Position numbers and translations under genes: made by a program | Source: a virus | Lineage: Duplodnaviria; Caudoviricetes | Virus record (IMG/VR): IMGVR_UViG_3300020533_000014 | Span: 1-31,906 of that record | Strand: one strand, 5' to 3' | Length of the DNA: 31,906 nucleotides | Notes under the pieces: generated by a model | Told to the model about the DNA's origin: nothing | The model's input: only the letters and a program-made list of their open reading frames with translations | Database searches by the model: none | Shown here: in pieces, positions 15,501 to 24,007 of the stretch | How the letters are laid out: every line of letters begins with the position of its first letter | Numbering within the stretch: position 1 is the stretch's first letter

Positions 15501-17182
15501 GTTGTGCCAGCGTTAGGGTTTTCGCCGACAAGGATCTGCCTTGCGAGTACACCCTCACGGATCTTGTAAAGCCGTTCGATCTCATTGCTAAGAACAACCT
15601 GACGAGCCACGCCACGATCATCTCGTGACACGGATTCTGGGATGATCTGATTGTCTGGGAGAAGTGTTTGATCTGTAACCCTGCCAAGCTGCATCTCACG
15701 CTGGGCTTCTGCGATCAACCTGCGATCCATCTCCTGCTCTGTCTCTAGGCCAAACTCTTTTGCGATACTGCTGGTTGGAGAGATGATGCGACCCGTGAAC
15801 TGGGATCGTGTCGCAGTCCTCGGATCTGCTGGGCTAGTGATTGGGTTTAGAAGGGGGCTGTCATCGGTTACGTCACGAACCCTGACTGGCTCACCCGTCC
15901 TGAACTCTGCCTCCCACAAAAGACCTTGAGGGGTATGGAAAGTAAATGTCTCTGTATTGTTGCCATCCTCATCCTGACTAACGCTACGACCAAGGGGTAC
16001 GCTATTGATCGCAGGGTTCTGGCCAATGTCTGGCACTTCTCCAGCAAGCCGATCCCCGAACACAGTCTTGGGGGTTGAGGTTGTCTCAGTTTCCCCAGTC
16101 TCAATATCAATCCTCTGCTGTGTGGTTGTGTTAGCGTTTCTTGCTGCCTCAGTAATCTGTGTCAGTCGTTCTGGAGTTAGTGATGCAGCTAGGTCTGCTT
16201 TACTCTTAAGCTCGTCAGATAGTTTCTCAGCATAGAAAGCCTCGTTATCACGGGTGATTGCATTCACACCGCCACCGATCAGTCCTCCAGTTACGAGTCC
16301 TACCGCACCAGACTGCAGTGCCCCATCCATGATTCCCCTGTTCGGATCGTACCCAGCAAACTTAGAGGCAACGAAGTTGTTGGCCATCTGGGAACCAGTC
16401 TCCTGCAAGAACTCTTCGGTAGCCCCCTCGACCACACCACGAAGAATGGATCTCTTGGCAATTCCAGCCGTCAATCTTCCAGCAAGACCACCAAGGGGTA
16501 TTGCCTCCGTAAGTCCGATAGCACCGCCAGCTAGAGCTGATGCCCTCGAAGTAAACTCGTTTGCCCCAGCCTGCCTTGCCTCCTCGTAGGTAGACCCAGC
16601 GTTTGTTGCAGCTCCAAGCACAGCTGCTGTACCAAGTCCGACAGCACCAACGGCTGCTTCAGGCGCAGCTGCTGCTGCAGCTGCAGCTACACCAAAGAAC
16701 CCCAGCGCACTTCCAAGACCTTGGGGCAGTAGGGTATTAATGAAGTCATTGCGTAGGCGAGGATCTTCGATGCCAGTTGTCTGCTTAACACTCTCGTCGA
16801 TATCCTGTGCGATCTTATAGATATCACGCTCAGTGACTGGAGTGTTGTCATCGTAGTTTCCGAGAGACTCTCCAATGGCTTGCTGGGCTAGGGCAGCTGC
16901 CTTGAAGGCTGATGTGAAAGTTCCAGATGCGCCCTTGTAGATATTGCCAAGGAATGCAGATCCACGCTCAACCGCACCGAGGTCACCCAGCGCATCCTGC
17001 GATGCAATCTTTACAAACTCATCAGAAGCCTGACCAACTTCCTTTTCATCTCTAGGCTCAACCTGCGTGTAATACTCCTGAACGTACTGGGAGTACTTGT
17101 TGATCGTATCTACTTTACCCTCGGTGGGTAATTCTTCGTACCCTACTTGGGCTTTTATGTCATCCCAAGGTGTGATCGCCAT
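9527..17182 (-). CDS. Giant polyvalent internal virion/ejection protein (2551 aa) with zincin protease and effector modules
   Basis: Last gene of the ejection cluster; Gly/Ala-rich hydrophobic N-terminus; HELGH706-710 plus E760FFSE; HhH-GPD-like K1283/D1301; helical C-terminus. Confidence 0.85.
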   Translation of the reverse strand: MAITPWDDIKAQVGYEELPTEGKVDTINKYSQYVQEYYTQVEPRDEKEVGQASDEFVKIASQDALGDLGAVERGSAFLGNIYKGASGTFTSAFKAAALAQQAIGESLGNYDDNTPVTERDIYKIAQDIDESVKQTTGIEDPRLRNDFINTLLPQGLGSALGFFGVAAAAAAAAPEAAVGAVGLGTAAVLGAATNAGSTYEEARQAGANEFTSRASALAGGAIGLTEAIPLGGLAGRLTAGIAKRSILRGVVEGATEEFLQETGSQMANNFVASKFAGYDPNRGIMDGALQSGAVGLVTGGLIGGGVNAITRDNEAFYAEKLSDELKSKADLAASLTPERLTQITEAARNANTTTQQRIDIETGETETTSTPKTVFGDRLAGEVPDIGQNPAINSVPLGRSVSQDEDGNNTETFTFHTPQGLLWEAEFRTGEPVRVRDVTDDSPLLNPITSPADPRTATRSQFTGRIISPTSSIAKEFGLETEQEMDRRLIAEAQREMQLGRVTDQTLLPDNQIIPESVSRDDRGVARQVVLSNEIERLYKIREGVLARQILVGENPNAGTTEYDPNTAREVIRYDSEGNKIENKQETSQRVARLNRMIGMRETELRGLTARPEGYILASERNTPPSASQKLSLVQGFQNLWNSISSPALRNAITFEVGDITPLIESGQVPKGAVAYYKRASDGRKAMIFLSDKLATMPMARREMIHELGHAFWDTLPAGLQAQIRGLWKAETESRTGALFDEFGGLKAEVSPRVMESVQEFFSERLAWTNDQWAKGLSEQNSVMDKAGRAFRNLLDRFLRYTGHGERLNLEFRSFLDQGDRFKGLRTRVEQAVRAGRAGINEEPQTSIRGLAKYEQLFDYTRNNPDGFTVDPVSFRVPTTGYIVAPSKNTEGIMPVNMSREEGIKAFRSYLLSNDDIFRAFGIGQRLANVDGAGAYFGGWMKTTENNEPLPVDQRQFVYDISFVLDNKTDALYVAENGKQDAIFDISAGQTIDTAPAVRDLRASGLYTPSDRGRLQELGGKVDYLAGRKGSLRTAVESVRRAVNPAVQARRIQSQGRSLQEAGSPEVVASTRGAVSVESVPLRRDGVRIEKPSVKEVATFLQQRSIERIQEPLTKDTPADVRMAQFLVNIWPETSYQLQQEDAGMTWYSADIEQMESDLNQLYPESIGNRKERMVLIKAMMVANSFSQNPKQETLSTMRIWEASKQQFPVMPRQKNGKGWTVRGKIVEIYMERINKLVADKGEKGAADWLLSKHTVKELREYNENVKGKQSDIKYGSYILGRKGGSYHLNMNGIYDVLTVDLHFSRMWNRMMGTVFDKNGEIIQAPTDAEYDIQEQAVRFAANKLGLSVAELQAVSWVYEIGLWKELGAKIEYYKHSNGTDKLLKDRGLQRREIVQDLRAAEERRQTALSRSNALRDGRDPQQVLPEEVRASTRGAQPRNEVIQQAANDFFEGRISREELNRISEEQKPARPVTSIPILTDDEARSSLDAGKQGMYGVARTLEEGTPVGLRIDIPSYNRTGNYVVTVHNQAEGKSRVGKVIGYDRIAAVKDARFFNASEKVTLSIAQGYSKTPLATVEGKYIPMANAPAGLLENYQQVGFDPQRHSYFYNKENGNPVVSADEAILIGNTAFVKGAVEGNRGDFLFSTRGEQARQILEPVISFGRQQLRTGGALPYDIFRMTEQRGFNVNEKMLRAQNAVSDIEAAVKRSYGKSLDQLPEVEIARINEGLQNPLARAKLPTDVASAVGNARNLIDSLTQDLLRSGAISEDLKPVLEANKGVYLNRSYEKWENPNYKNPFNTLPKQVQNKLVTTVTSYLHNKYANAYAKEQSLARGEVAINPNSGTYQADYQAGLTKARSGGVTKAEVDGQIEYLASPETDSPFGQIGSGLTKDLSIITARKNIPEEIRMLWGEIKDPRVNFLKSVQKMSGFLEAHNMLKGMRDAGMNKIFFATPRTGFTTKLVSDGSRTASPLNMFIDGMSNDVYTSEEIATALRNTFGGRAKAQDFLGKMGELYLKANGFSKFAKTVLSVQTQVRNLLGNGSFLVANGYIFSPDGITALNKLKTLALPSAGTQLGINKSKEFRDYNAKLTRLGILGQSVFANEMESYFKDANVSTAADFLDNHVTKGLKAIGRGATNLYQLGDAIPKIVAFEVELSRLRKAYPTQPLSKLEPMAADKVLNLLPTYSRIPRLGNVLRSQPFVGAFISFPLEVVRTGYNLLGTINDELRSDNPAIRQAGAYRLAGTMMASIGFSAVAAGIASAMGIDDDEDQAIRKLDAPWDKYATKLYLGRDDKGNVNQVNLSYVDPYNYFRDPIIALMKMDGTWDQKLLESVKTAFQPLYGEQILASKILDISRNTKGTTGGRVYNPEADLASRAAAVSAHMFDAFNIGTVVSSVRVYRGLTGQVTQTGRAYDPALETIATLTGQRVVTLDPRQSLGFTARKFSNRLNDATGIFTAAYYDRSNVSNEARLEAYRQMRSSRKEIFNETSGIISAAMKLGVSRGEVMRILKEQGVSMDNARALLSGNVAVYKPAKREMKGDAIRFGQQVYAEQ

Positions 17183-17184
17183 GA

Positions 17185-18111
17185 TCAGTTACCAGACTTC
17201 AGCTTCTTTTCTTCCTCGATAATGTCTGCTGCAATTCTACGCATGGCTGCAGTGTTCACATTTCCTTTTGCGTTCTTTTGCCCTTTGACTGATTCAAATT
17301 CTTTTTTGAGTGCCTCGATTTTCATCCTACTGGCGTTCGCACTTTCAGACGCAATATCTTCTTTGCTACGAACTCGGCGACCAGTGCCACCTCTTGCTGC
17401 TGGGTTTTCCGCTGGCTCAGCAACTCCACTTTCCTGCATCATAGATTCAACCTGATCGCTGGTTGACGAAGGCTTGCTTCTCTCGACTGGTACTGGACTA
17501 ATATCTGCGCCAGTTGGGGCTGCTTGTCTTGGTGCAGTTGCCCTACTTCCAAAGATGCCACCAAGAATGCTTGAGTTCTTCTCAGCTGCGATCTCTGGTG
17601 CGTTGCCCTTAAACATGGACTTGTAAGCCTCAAGATCTGCAGCGGAATCAAATACTGCCTTAACAGTTGATCCGTCTGCATCTGTCGTGTTGTACTCAAA
17701 CTTCCCACCACCAAGAGACTTGGTCATCATCTTCATGGCATAGTCACTGTTCTGCAGTCGTGCCTGTAGCCTTTGCTTTGCAGTGTTATCTTCATCTGTT
17801 CCGTAGCCACGCTCCTGCATCATCTTGTCCAGCTTCGACATTTCACCCATAAGGTTAATCTGTTCATCTGAGTGTGCGTTAAGTGCTGCCGTGATTGCCG
17901 TGAAAGACCTAGCACCCTTTGAGACTGGATCGTTGTCACTGAAAGCACCACCGCCACTAGACCTAGCTGACTGCATTCTTTCTTGAGCTGCAATCCTTTG
18001 AGCCTGCATCTCTTTCTCTGCGTCCAGCTTCCTCTGCGATGTAATCGCATCCAGACCAGAGTTCATCATGTACGCCCCAGCCTGTGCTACTCCTCCGTAA
18101 TAATCTGGCAT
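17185..18111 (-). CDS. Putative ejection/internal virion protein
   Basis: Position in the cluster; Ala/Gln-rich coiled-coil composition. Confidence 0.6.
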   Translation of the reverse strand: MPDYYGGVAQAGAYMMNSGLDAITSQRKLDAEKEMQAQRIAAQERMQSARSSGGGAFSDNDPVSKGARSFTAITAALNAHSDEQINLMGEMSKLDKMMQERGYGTDEDNTAKQRLQARLQNSDYAMKMMTKSLGGGKFEYNTTDADGSTVKAVFDSAADLEAYKSMFKGNAPEIAAEKNSSILGGIFGSRATAPRQAAPTGADISPVPVERSKPSSTSDQVESMMQESGVAEPAENPAARGGTGRRVRSKEDIASESANASRMKIEALKKEFESVKGQKNAKGNVNTAAMRRIAADIIEEEKKLKSGN

Positions 18112-18112
18112 A

Positions 18113-19141
18113 TTAAGCTCCGTATCCGCAGATAGCCTTAGCCCTGCGAACTTGTTTTACCTTCGTATCCATCCAGCGTTTGATCCATCCCTTGAGGGTT
18201 GTTTTACCGCTGATAAAGTTGGCAATCCGTTCACCGTGCTTGATGTATCCGTTCAGCATCCACTTTGGTGCCATGTTCAACATCCACTCTCTAAACACCA
18301 TCCACTCAGGATTGTCTTCACCGTAAACCTCACGAGCTACCCAGCAGACAAGTCCAGCGATTCCCATGCCCAAACCAGCAACGCCCTGAGCTGCCCCAAG
18401 AATCTGAGCACCCATCGGCTGATAGGTGGAAGCCTGATAGGCAAGCTGGGCATTATAGCCAGACATCTGCGTCGAATAGTTCTGTGCGTTGACACCCTGA
18501 CCCTGAATGTATTGCTGACCACCCAAGAAAGCTGCGTTCTGCATGGGTTGCATTGTGTTAGGCGAGAAGCCAGAGGCACCAGTCGAAGGGCTACCAATCT
18601 GTCCGTTGGCAATCGGGGCAAGACCTAGATAGCTCTGCGTATTTGCGATCCGTTGCTGTTGGAGTTGCTGACCCACGTTAAACTTAGCGAGAACTTCGGC
18701 AGCACTGGCTGCGTTACCATACATGTTTCCACGAGCTGCCTGAGAAGAACGGATATCCTGTTCTGCTGTACGAGCCTGATCGGCTGAGAGGCTAGATCCC
18801 AAAGCAAGTTCACTAGAGATCTTTTCACCGAGCTGTTGGTTGGCCTTAAACCGCTCGGGGTCTGCCATCTCCAAGATTCTGCGTTGTTCTGCTACGGCAT
18901 CGGTGCCGTATTTCTTTGAAAGTGTGATTGCGTTTTCGACCTGTGCGTCCGAGGTCTTACGCATGATATCGATATCAGTCGGTACGCTTGCTTCCTTCCC
19001 CTGACGATATGCTTCTAGGGTAAGCGGATACCCCATCGTTGCGTAGTATTCCATTGCCTCCTTGTTGGCTGCACCAGTGTCGGCTGGAGATACAGACGGA
19101 GGGGGTGGCGGTGCAGGAGGAGGTGAAGGAGGTGAACCCAT
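18113..19141 (-). CDS. Putative ejection (pilot) protein with C-terminal CFI-box-CTERM-like domain
   Basis: MGSPPSPPP N-terminus, RGN-YG, a Gly-rich hydrophobic segment, then CWVAREVYG...FR-W...Y..HGE..A. Confidence 0.7.
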   Translation of the reverse strand: MGSPPSPPPAPPPPPSVSPADTGAANKEAMEYYATMGYPLTLEAYRQGKEASVPTDIDIMRKTSDAQVENAITLSKKYGTDAVAEQRRILEMADPERFKANQQLGEKISSELALGSSLSADQARTAEQDIRSSQAARGNMYGNAASAAEVLAKFNVGQQLQQQRIANTQSYLGLAPIANGQIGSPSTGASGFSPNTMQPMQNAAFLGGQQYIQGQGVNAQNYSTQMSGYNAQLAYQASTYQPMGAQILGAAQGVAGLGMGIAGLVCWVAREVYGEDNPEWMVFREWMLNMAPKWMLNGYIKHGERIANFISGKTTLKGWIKRWMDTKVKQVRRAKAICGYGA

Positions 19142-19154
19142 ATTAGTTTGTTAT

Positions 19155-19598
19155 CTATATCTGTTTAGAAGCTGAAAGCAGACGGGTCAAGCCTTTATAA
19201 GAGAGTCTGGACAGGACTGAAAATGGGTACTCTTTTATAACCCCACCAAGGTGATTCCTTCTTGCAGCGAACTTTGGCCTATCACCCCATACGGTAAGAA
19301 GGAGGTCTATGAGTCTAGCTAGGTTCTCTGCCTTCGGGGCTATGACCAGCTCGATCCAGCATATGTCGCAGTAGGGGTCGCTGTAGTATGGGTCTTCTAT
19401 AGCCCTCTGGACGGTGTCAACAAACCTGACCATAGCCATAGCCTCTATTCCGTCTTTACCTTTGATATAGCCAAGCAGCTTGTTTTCACGGTACCACCGC
19501 ATCCAAGGCTTGAAATCGCCCCAACACATTGAGGGGCTGTAGTGTTCCTGAACGAACGACTGAATCGAGTCTAAGTCTTCCTCAAACCCCGAGGCCAC
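19155..19598 (-). CDS. Putative GNAT-fold/T7 gp13-like internal virion protein
   Basis: Size and position after the nozzle gene; beta-rich G-AM-R...CWIELVIA pattern. Confidence 0.45.
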   Translation of the reverse strand: MASGFEEDLDSIQSFVQEHYSPSMCWGDFKPWMRWYRENKLLGYIKGKDGIEAMAMVRFVDTVQRAIEDPYYSDPYCDICWIELVIAPKAENLARLIDLLLTVWGDRPKFAARRNHLGGVIKEYPFSVLSRLSYKGLTRLLSASKQI

Positions 19599-19848
19599 GC
19601 TGATCCTCTGGAACCGAGTAATCTGTGACAGCTACTTTACGAAGGGGGTTGGTATCACGGTAGTACTGATTAACCATCTTGTACCACTCGTTGCGCTGGG
19701 CATCGCTGGAGGCAATCATCTCCTTGGACTTGGGAATGTAAACCTCTTGACGCTCCTTTTCGTAAGCCTCTCTACGCCTCTTTTGATCTACACGATCTTC
19801 AGCGTAGGGGTCTGGTGCTGGTGCTGGTTGTGATCCTCCTCCTCCCAT
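19582..19848 (-). CDS. Small virion protein with MGGGG/Pro-rich N-terminus
   Basis: MGGGGSQPAPAPDP; TTGACA at 19887-19882 upstream. Confidence 0.65.
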   Translation of the reverse strand: MGGGGSQPAPAPDPYAEDRVDQKRRREAYEKERQEVYIPKSKEMIASSDAQRNEWYKMVNQYYRDTNPLRKVAVTDYSVPEDQRGLGV

Positions 19849-19883
19849 ATATATGCTTCTGTATGCCTAGCAGTTGGCAGATG

Positions 19884-21488
19884 TCAAGTGACTAGGTAGG
19901 GCTGTAGGTATGCGGATATGGACATGCCACGGACTGCCAGATAACCAGAGGCCGAGCTGACCCTAAATATGATTTCCCTGAAGTAGTCCAGATCGATCAT
20001 AGTGTCACCATGAGTCTGGATTGGCGGGAAGCCGTCCATGTACTGCGGAAGGTTGAACGGAAGGTTAAGAGGTGAGCTTGCCGTTTGAGCAGTACTCAGT
20101 GTCTCCCAGTCCCCGTTGTCCATTAAGTATTCAATCGTGGCAACAGCATCTGAGTTGTAGAACTCGATCTCGCTCTTGTTACCCAACTTTCTCGAGCCAG
20201 CTTCGGCGAATGTCATTCCTCTTGTGGCAATGCTTGTCGGGATTCCGACCCCGCCAGCATTCGGCGTGGATGCGTCATCAGAATATGTAAGAGCAGTTGA
20301 AGAGCCAAAGTTATGTCCCCTTCTCCACATGTAAATCCTCCCGCTTCGATCTCCAATCACGAGGCCAGTAAACAGTGCAGTTGCAGCAACTGTATTCGGT
20401 AGTGTGATCCCGTTGGATGCCTGAACTCCAGAATACGGATAGAACCTGCCAGACCACTCACCAACCCAGCATTTGTTGGATGTATCAAAAGCAACTGTGA
20501 TAGTACCACCCGCCACCGTCTTTGCGGAAAGGATCACCGTGTTCTCATGGAATACCATCGAGATCTCGCTTGGTTGGGTAATATCGATCTGCTTGATCTT
20601 GTCCTCGATTGGCAGCGATATCGGAAGGCTGACCGCTTGCTCCTGTCCCTGCAGTGTACGGCTCAGAAGCCGAACTCCGTCACGGGACATAAACATAACA
20701 TCAGATCCAACCCTAAGCGTTGCCGACTGGCTCAGGGCACCGTTGGCGTTCTCAACTGTTTCGACTGAGAAACCACCCGCAGAAGTCTGGGTAATACCAC
20801 TTACAACAAATACCCTGTTCTCCTTAAAGACTGCGATACGGTCACCAGTCCATTCGACGATTGCCGTGATGGGAGATGAATCTCCACCAATCCTTATCGC
20901 ATTTAATATGGTGTCAAAGTTAGATGTCAGAAAATCACCAACATAAAGGGTATCTGGATTGCTTTCGGTTACGGCAAACAACCTGCCCCTTGTGCTGATT
21001 AACCTATTAATCCCAGCAGGGGCTGATACTGCGCCACTTGTTGGCACGGTGGTCACAGCAGAGCCATCCCAGTACTTCAGCTGACCAGCTGCTGAGCCAT
21101 CCACAAAGTAGAGCTTATCTGCTACTGTAGCCGTATAGACTCTATTCCCAGATGTATATGTAGATGATGCTCCAGTCTGCCATCCAGTAGCCCAAGTTGA
21201 CAGGTACTTAAGATTCCCACCAAAGAATGCAACCATCTGCGTTGTGCTTGTGTTTCGGTAGGAAGCCAGACCGCTAATATAGGAGTTAACCCCAGTGGAA
21301 GGAGTAAGAACAAGGCCAAGCCTAGTATGAACAAGCCCGTTCTCGTCTAACTCGACATTGACCAGACTGGTACACTGGTTCTCACCCAAGATTCTCGCCT
21401 GAGTGTTAGAGTCTTCCCCACCGCTAAACTGCCTCTGCCCGTCGAAGACCAGAGGCGTATCTAGGGCTTCGTCAAAAATAATAGGCAT
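19884..21488 (-). CDS. Tail nozzle / tail tubular protein B (P22 gp10/T7 gp12-like beta-propeller)
   Basis: F-GG N-terminus, N-E....G....R-G, repeated beta-propeller blades, VFKE; follows the adaptor gene. Confidence 0.8.
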   Translation of the reverse strand: MPIIFDEALDTPLVFDGQRQFSGGEDSNTQARILGENQCTSLVNVELDENGLVHTRLGLVLTPSTGVNSYISGLASYRNTSTTQMVAFFGGNLKYLSTWATGWQTGASSTYTSGNRVYTATVADKLYFVDGSAAGQLKYWDGSAVTTVPTSGAVSAPAGINRLISTRGRLFAVTESNPDTLYVGDFLTSNFDTILNAIRIGGDSSPITAIVEWTGDRIAVFKENRVFVVSGITQTSAGGFSVETVENANGALSQSATLRVGSDVMFMSRDGVRLLSRTLQGQEQAVSLPISLPIEDKIKQIDITQPSEISMVFHENTVILSAKTVAGGTITVAFDTSNKCWVGEWSGRFYPYSGVQASNGITLPNTVAATALFTGLVIGDRSGRIYMWRRGHNFGSSTALTYSDDASTPNAGGVGIPTSIATRGMTFAEAGSRKLGNKSEIEFYNSDAVATIEYLMDNGDWETLSTAQTASSPLNLPFNLPQYMDGFPPIQTHGDTMIDLDYFREIIFRVSSASGYLAVRGMSISAYLQPYLVT

Positions 21489-21491
21489 GGC

Positions 21492-22202
21492 TTATTGGAA
21501 GCTGATCGTGCTTCCCCCGTAGTCCCAGTCATCACGGCTCCACTCACCGTTAAACGCAGCTGAAACCTCGAAGCGGGACGCACCTTGTGAACGCTCGACG
21601 TTTCGGGCTAATGATAAAAGAGTAAGGGCTTCAGACTGTTTGGCCTGAGCCTTGGCGTAAGCCTGCTTGTATTCCAGCATGTCGGCCTCGACAAGGGTAA
21701 GTAGTGCTTGCTCTGCAGTATTGATCACGCACACATCGTCATCCTGCTCCATTGAGCGATAGGCAGACACGCCGTTGTTTGTTACACGGATCTTGGTCTT
21801 GCACAGAACTGAAAGGGTTCCGCTTTCAGATGGGGCACTCAAAAGCTGAAGCCTGATATTTCCAGCGTCAGACCTTGAAAGGATCACGAAGGATGTTGTG
21901 TTGCCAGACTCAGTGAAAGAGCTTGGTGCCATCATAAATGCCGAGCCGTAGTTGGCTGGGTCGATTGCGGTTGTGCCGATCTTGACTGCGACGGGGAGAT
22001 CCATGTTCGTGTCGGAGATTGTGACAATAGAACTTCCCGAGCTGATGGCCTGAGTGGTCACAGCCATGCTGTTTGCCCAAAGCTGGCTATCCCAGATCAT
22101 TTGGTAGCGATTCCTGCAAAATGTTTTAACAGCAGCCACCGCCCCAACTGATGTGTCGTGGGTCTTGATGCAGACTTGGTTGGCGATCTGGTCGAGCGTC
22201 AT
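21492..22202 (-). CDS. Head-tail adaptor / tail tubular protein A
   Basis: MTL-QI...V N-terminus, helical termini, located immediately upstream of the nozzle gene. Confidence 0.7.
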   Translation of the reverse strand: MTLDQIANQVCIKTHDTSVGAVAAVKTFCRNRYQMIWDSQLWANSMAVTTQAISSGSSIVTISDTNMDLPVAVKIGTTAIDPANYGSAFMMAPSSFTESGNTTSFVILSRSDAGNIRLQLLSAPSESGTLSVLCKTKIRVTNNGVSAYRSMEQDDDVCVINTAEQALLTLVEADMLEYKQAYAKAQAKQSEALTLLSLARNVERSQGASRFEVSAAFNGEWSRDDWDYGGSTISFQ

Positions 22203-22251
22203 TTAATAGTTCCTATTTGTTTTTTCAATAGCTTCATATTTTATTTTCTTT

Positions 22252-22998
22252 CTAGTTTATTCGGCTTCCGCTTCCAGAAATTGTAGCAGTGTAGCCATTC
22301 GCCTGTATGGAACTACCACCTGCCCCAGCGGGGGCGTAGCTTGCGAAATTCAAATTACTGCTTGCACCTGAACCAGCAGTACCCAAAGCCCCACCCGCAC
22401 CAGCGTTGGCATAATAAGCAGATCCAAATATAGAGCCAGAAAAGCCTGTACCAGCTGTTGCATTGTAAAGAAATCCATTAACTAGGCCAGCACCCGATCC
22501 ACCCGTACCTGACTTGTCTTGATAACCAACAGACCCACCTCCACCCCCGCCACCAGCAATTACACCATTATTTACTATTGTAACATTATGACCCAGCGAA
22601 ATCCCGCTACCTCCCCCCGTATTAGCACCACCACCCGCCCCTGCAACATACACACCGTTTGCAATGCTTATAGTTATCTCAGATCCAGATGGCCATGAAT
22701 CTGTAACAATAGATGGGGTTGACGCACTGGTACTGCCCATATTTGCGTTTATATTAAATAAGACCGAAACACTACTGCTCGGGTTTTCGCCAGTCTGGTT
22801 AACATAAAGGGTTTTTAGGTTTATGTTATTCTGTGACTGAACAACATTTACGGTAACTAGGTTAACGAAGTATTTGCTCCATGCTCCCGAGTTCCGAACC
22901 CAAATAGTCTTTATCTCAGACCAAACGCCACCGTTCCTTATGAAGGCTTTTTTTACTTTCGGCCAAGTTCCACCATTTCTAATGTATGTAGTCGGCAT
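22252..22998 (-). CDS. Glycine-rich receptor-binding adhesin (T-even gp38-like)
   Basis: Three (Y/F/W)-x-RN(G/S)G-x-W repeats, GVYVAGAGG, NNGVIAGGGGGGG and further Gly-rich loops. Confidence 0.7.
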   Translation of the reverse strand: MPTTYIRNGGTWPKVKKAFIRNGGVWSEIKTIWVRNSGAWSKYFVNLVTVNVVQSQNNINLKTLYVNQTGENPSSSVSVLFNINANMGSTSASTPSIVTDSWPSGSEITISIANGVYVAGAGGGANTGGGSGISLGHNVTIVNNGVIAGGGGGGGSVGYQDKSGTGGSGAGLVNGFLYNATAGTGFSGSIFGSAYYANAGAGGALGTAGSGASSNLNFASYAPAGAGGSSIQANGYTATISGSGSRIN

Positions 22999-23001
22999 TG
23001 G

Positions 23002-23961
23002 TTAAATAACATATACGATGTCACCATCTACCCCGCCTGTGGGTGTGGTAGTTACTGATGTAACTGTTCTTGTCCCATTAGCGTTAGAACCAATAGTCCC
23101 AGCGGTGTGAGTGATAACTCCGTTTACATGAAACTTTGTTGATGGCGTATTCGTGCCGACACCCACATTGCCTGCTGCGCTAAAGAAAAGTGCCCCACCA
23201 GAGTTTAGTTTTGCTGGCTCGATTGTTGAGTTTGCTATTTTACCGTTCTCGATTGTTAGGTTTGCTATCTTACCGTTATCCACAGCAAGATCTTCTATTT
23301 TCGGTCGGGTTACCGCCCCATCATATATCTTTGCCGACCTAACAGCTGAGTCTACCAGCTGATCTGTATTAACAGATAAATTGCTTGGCACTGCATTTAC
23401 TTGAATTACGCCCGTTACCCTTCCTTTTGCGTCAACAGTAATTTGCGGGATCGATGTCGAGGCACCATAAGTTCCAGCCACTACTGTGCTGTCCTCCAGT
23501 TTCGAGGCAATGACTGCGCCCTGCTGGATCTGGCTAGTGCCAATAGCATTTGAGTCTACTCCAGTCCAAGTTCCGCCAGAAACAACTAATACGCCTCCAT
23601 TATTCGCAGCGGTTACTTGGGGTAAATTTCCAGCAAGCACAGCAATAGAATCTACATACGCCTTGGTCGTGGCATCACTTGCAGATACTGGAGTTGCAAT
23701 ACCAGTAACTCTGGTCGTACCCGCATCAAAGATTGCCGAGGCGTTCTTCTTTAGAAAGTTTGAGGCAGCAACCTTGCGGATTGCTGTTGCGCTGTCATCA
23801 GCGATTGGAAGCGTGTCGGTATTTGCAACAGGATCTGTAAGGGCTGTGAGGCTTGTGATGGCTGTCACGTTCATGCTCGCATCTTCCACAAGCTGATGGA
23901 GCTTCGTGTTTGTCAGCTCCTCAGTTGAGGTAAATGTCTTCCCTTTGGTAAAATTCGGCAT
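23002..23961 (-). CDS. Tail fibre protein
   Basis: DATTKAYVD, G-YG....IP-ITVD-KGRVT, 10-aa V..-KI repeats, GNVGVGT..PS-K-HVNG and GG-DGDI motifs. Confidence 0.82.
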   Translation of the reverse strand: MPNFTKGKTFTSTEELTNTKLHQLVEDASMNVTAITSLTALTDPVANTDTLPIADDSATAIRKVAASNFLKKNASAIFDAGTTRVTGIATPVSASDATTKAYVDSIAVLAGNLPQVTAANNGGVLVVSGGTWTGVDSNAIGTSQIQQGAVIASKLEDSTVVAGTYGASTSIPQITVDAKGRVTGVIQVNAVPSNLSVNTDQLVDSAVRSAKIYDGAVTRPKIEDLAVDNGKIANLTIENGKIANSTIEPAKLNSGGALFFSAAGNVGVGTNTPSTKFHVNGVITHTAGTIGSNANGTRTVTSVTTTPTGGVDGDIVYVI

Positions 23962-23970
23962 CTCTTGGGT

Positions 23971-23998
23971 ACTCTATTGGTAGCTTCTTAGCAGTCAA
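23971..23998 (-). promoter_or_regulatory. Putative promoter for tail genes
   Basis: TTGACT-N16-TAGAGT-N9-ATG(23961). Confidence 0.5.
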
Positions 23999-24007
23999 GA
24001 GCAGTTA

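Noticed and set aside
9527-17182. Giant ORF as virion RNA polymerase or tape measure protein
   Set aside because: No DxDGD or T7/N4 polymerase motifs, no tape-measure periodicity, and no tail tube or chaperone genes.
9314-17455. Numerous plus-strand and nested ORFs over the giant gene (likewise over dnaB, nozzle and fibre genes)
   Set aside because: Antisense or shadow frames of strong genes, with no motifs or start signals.
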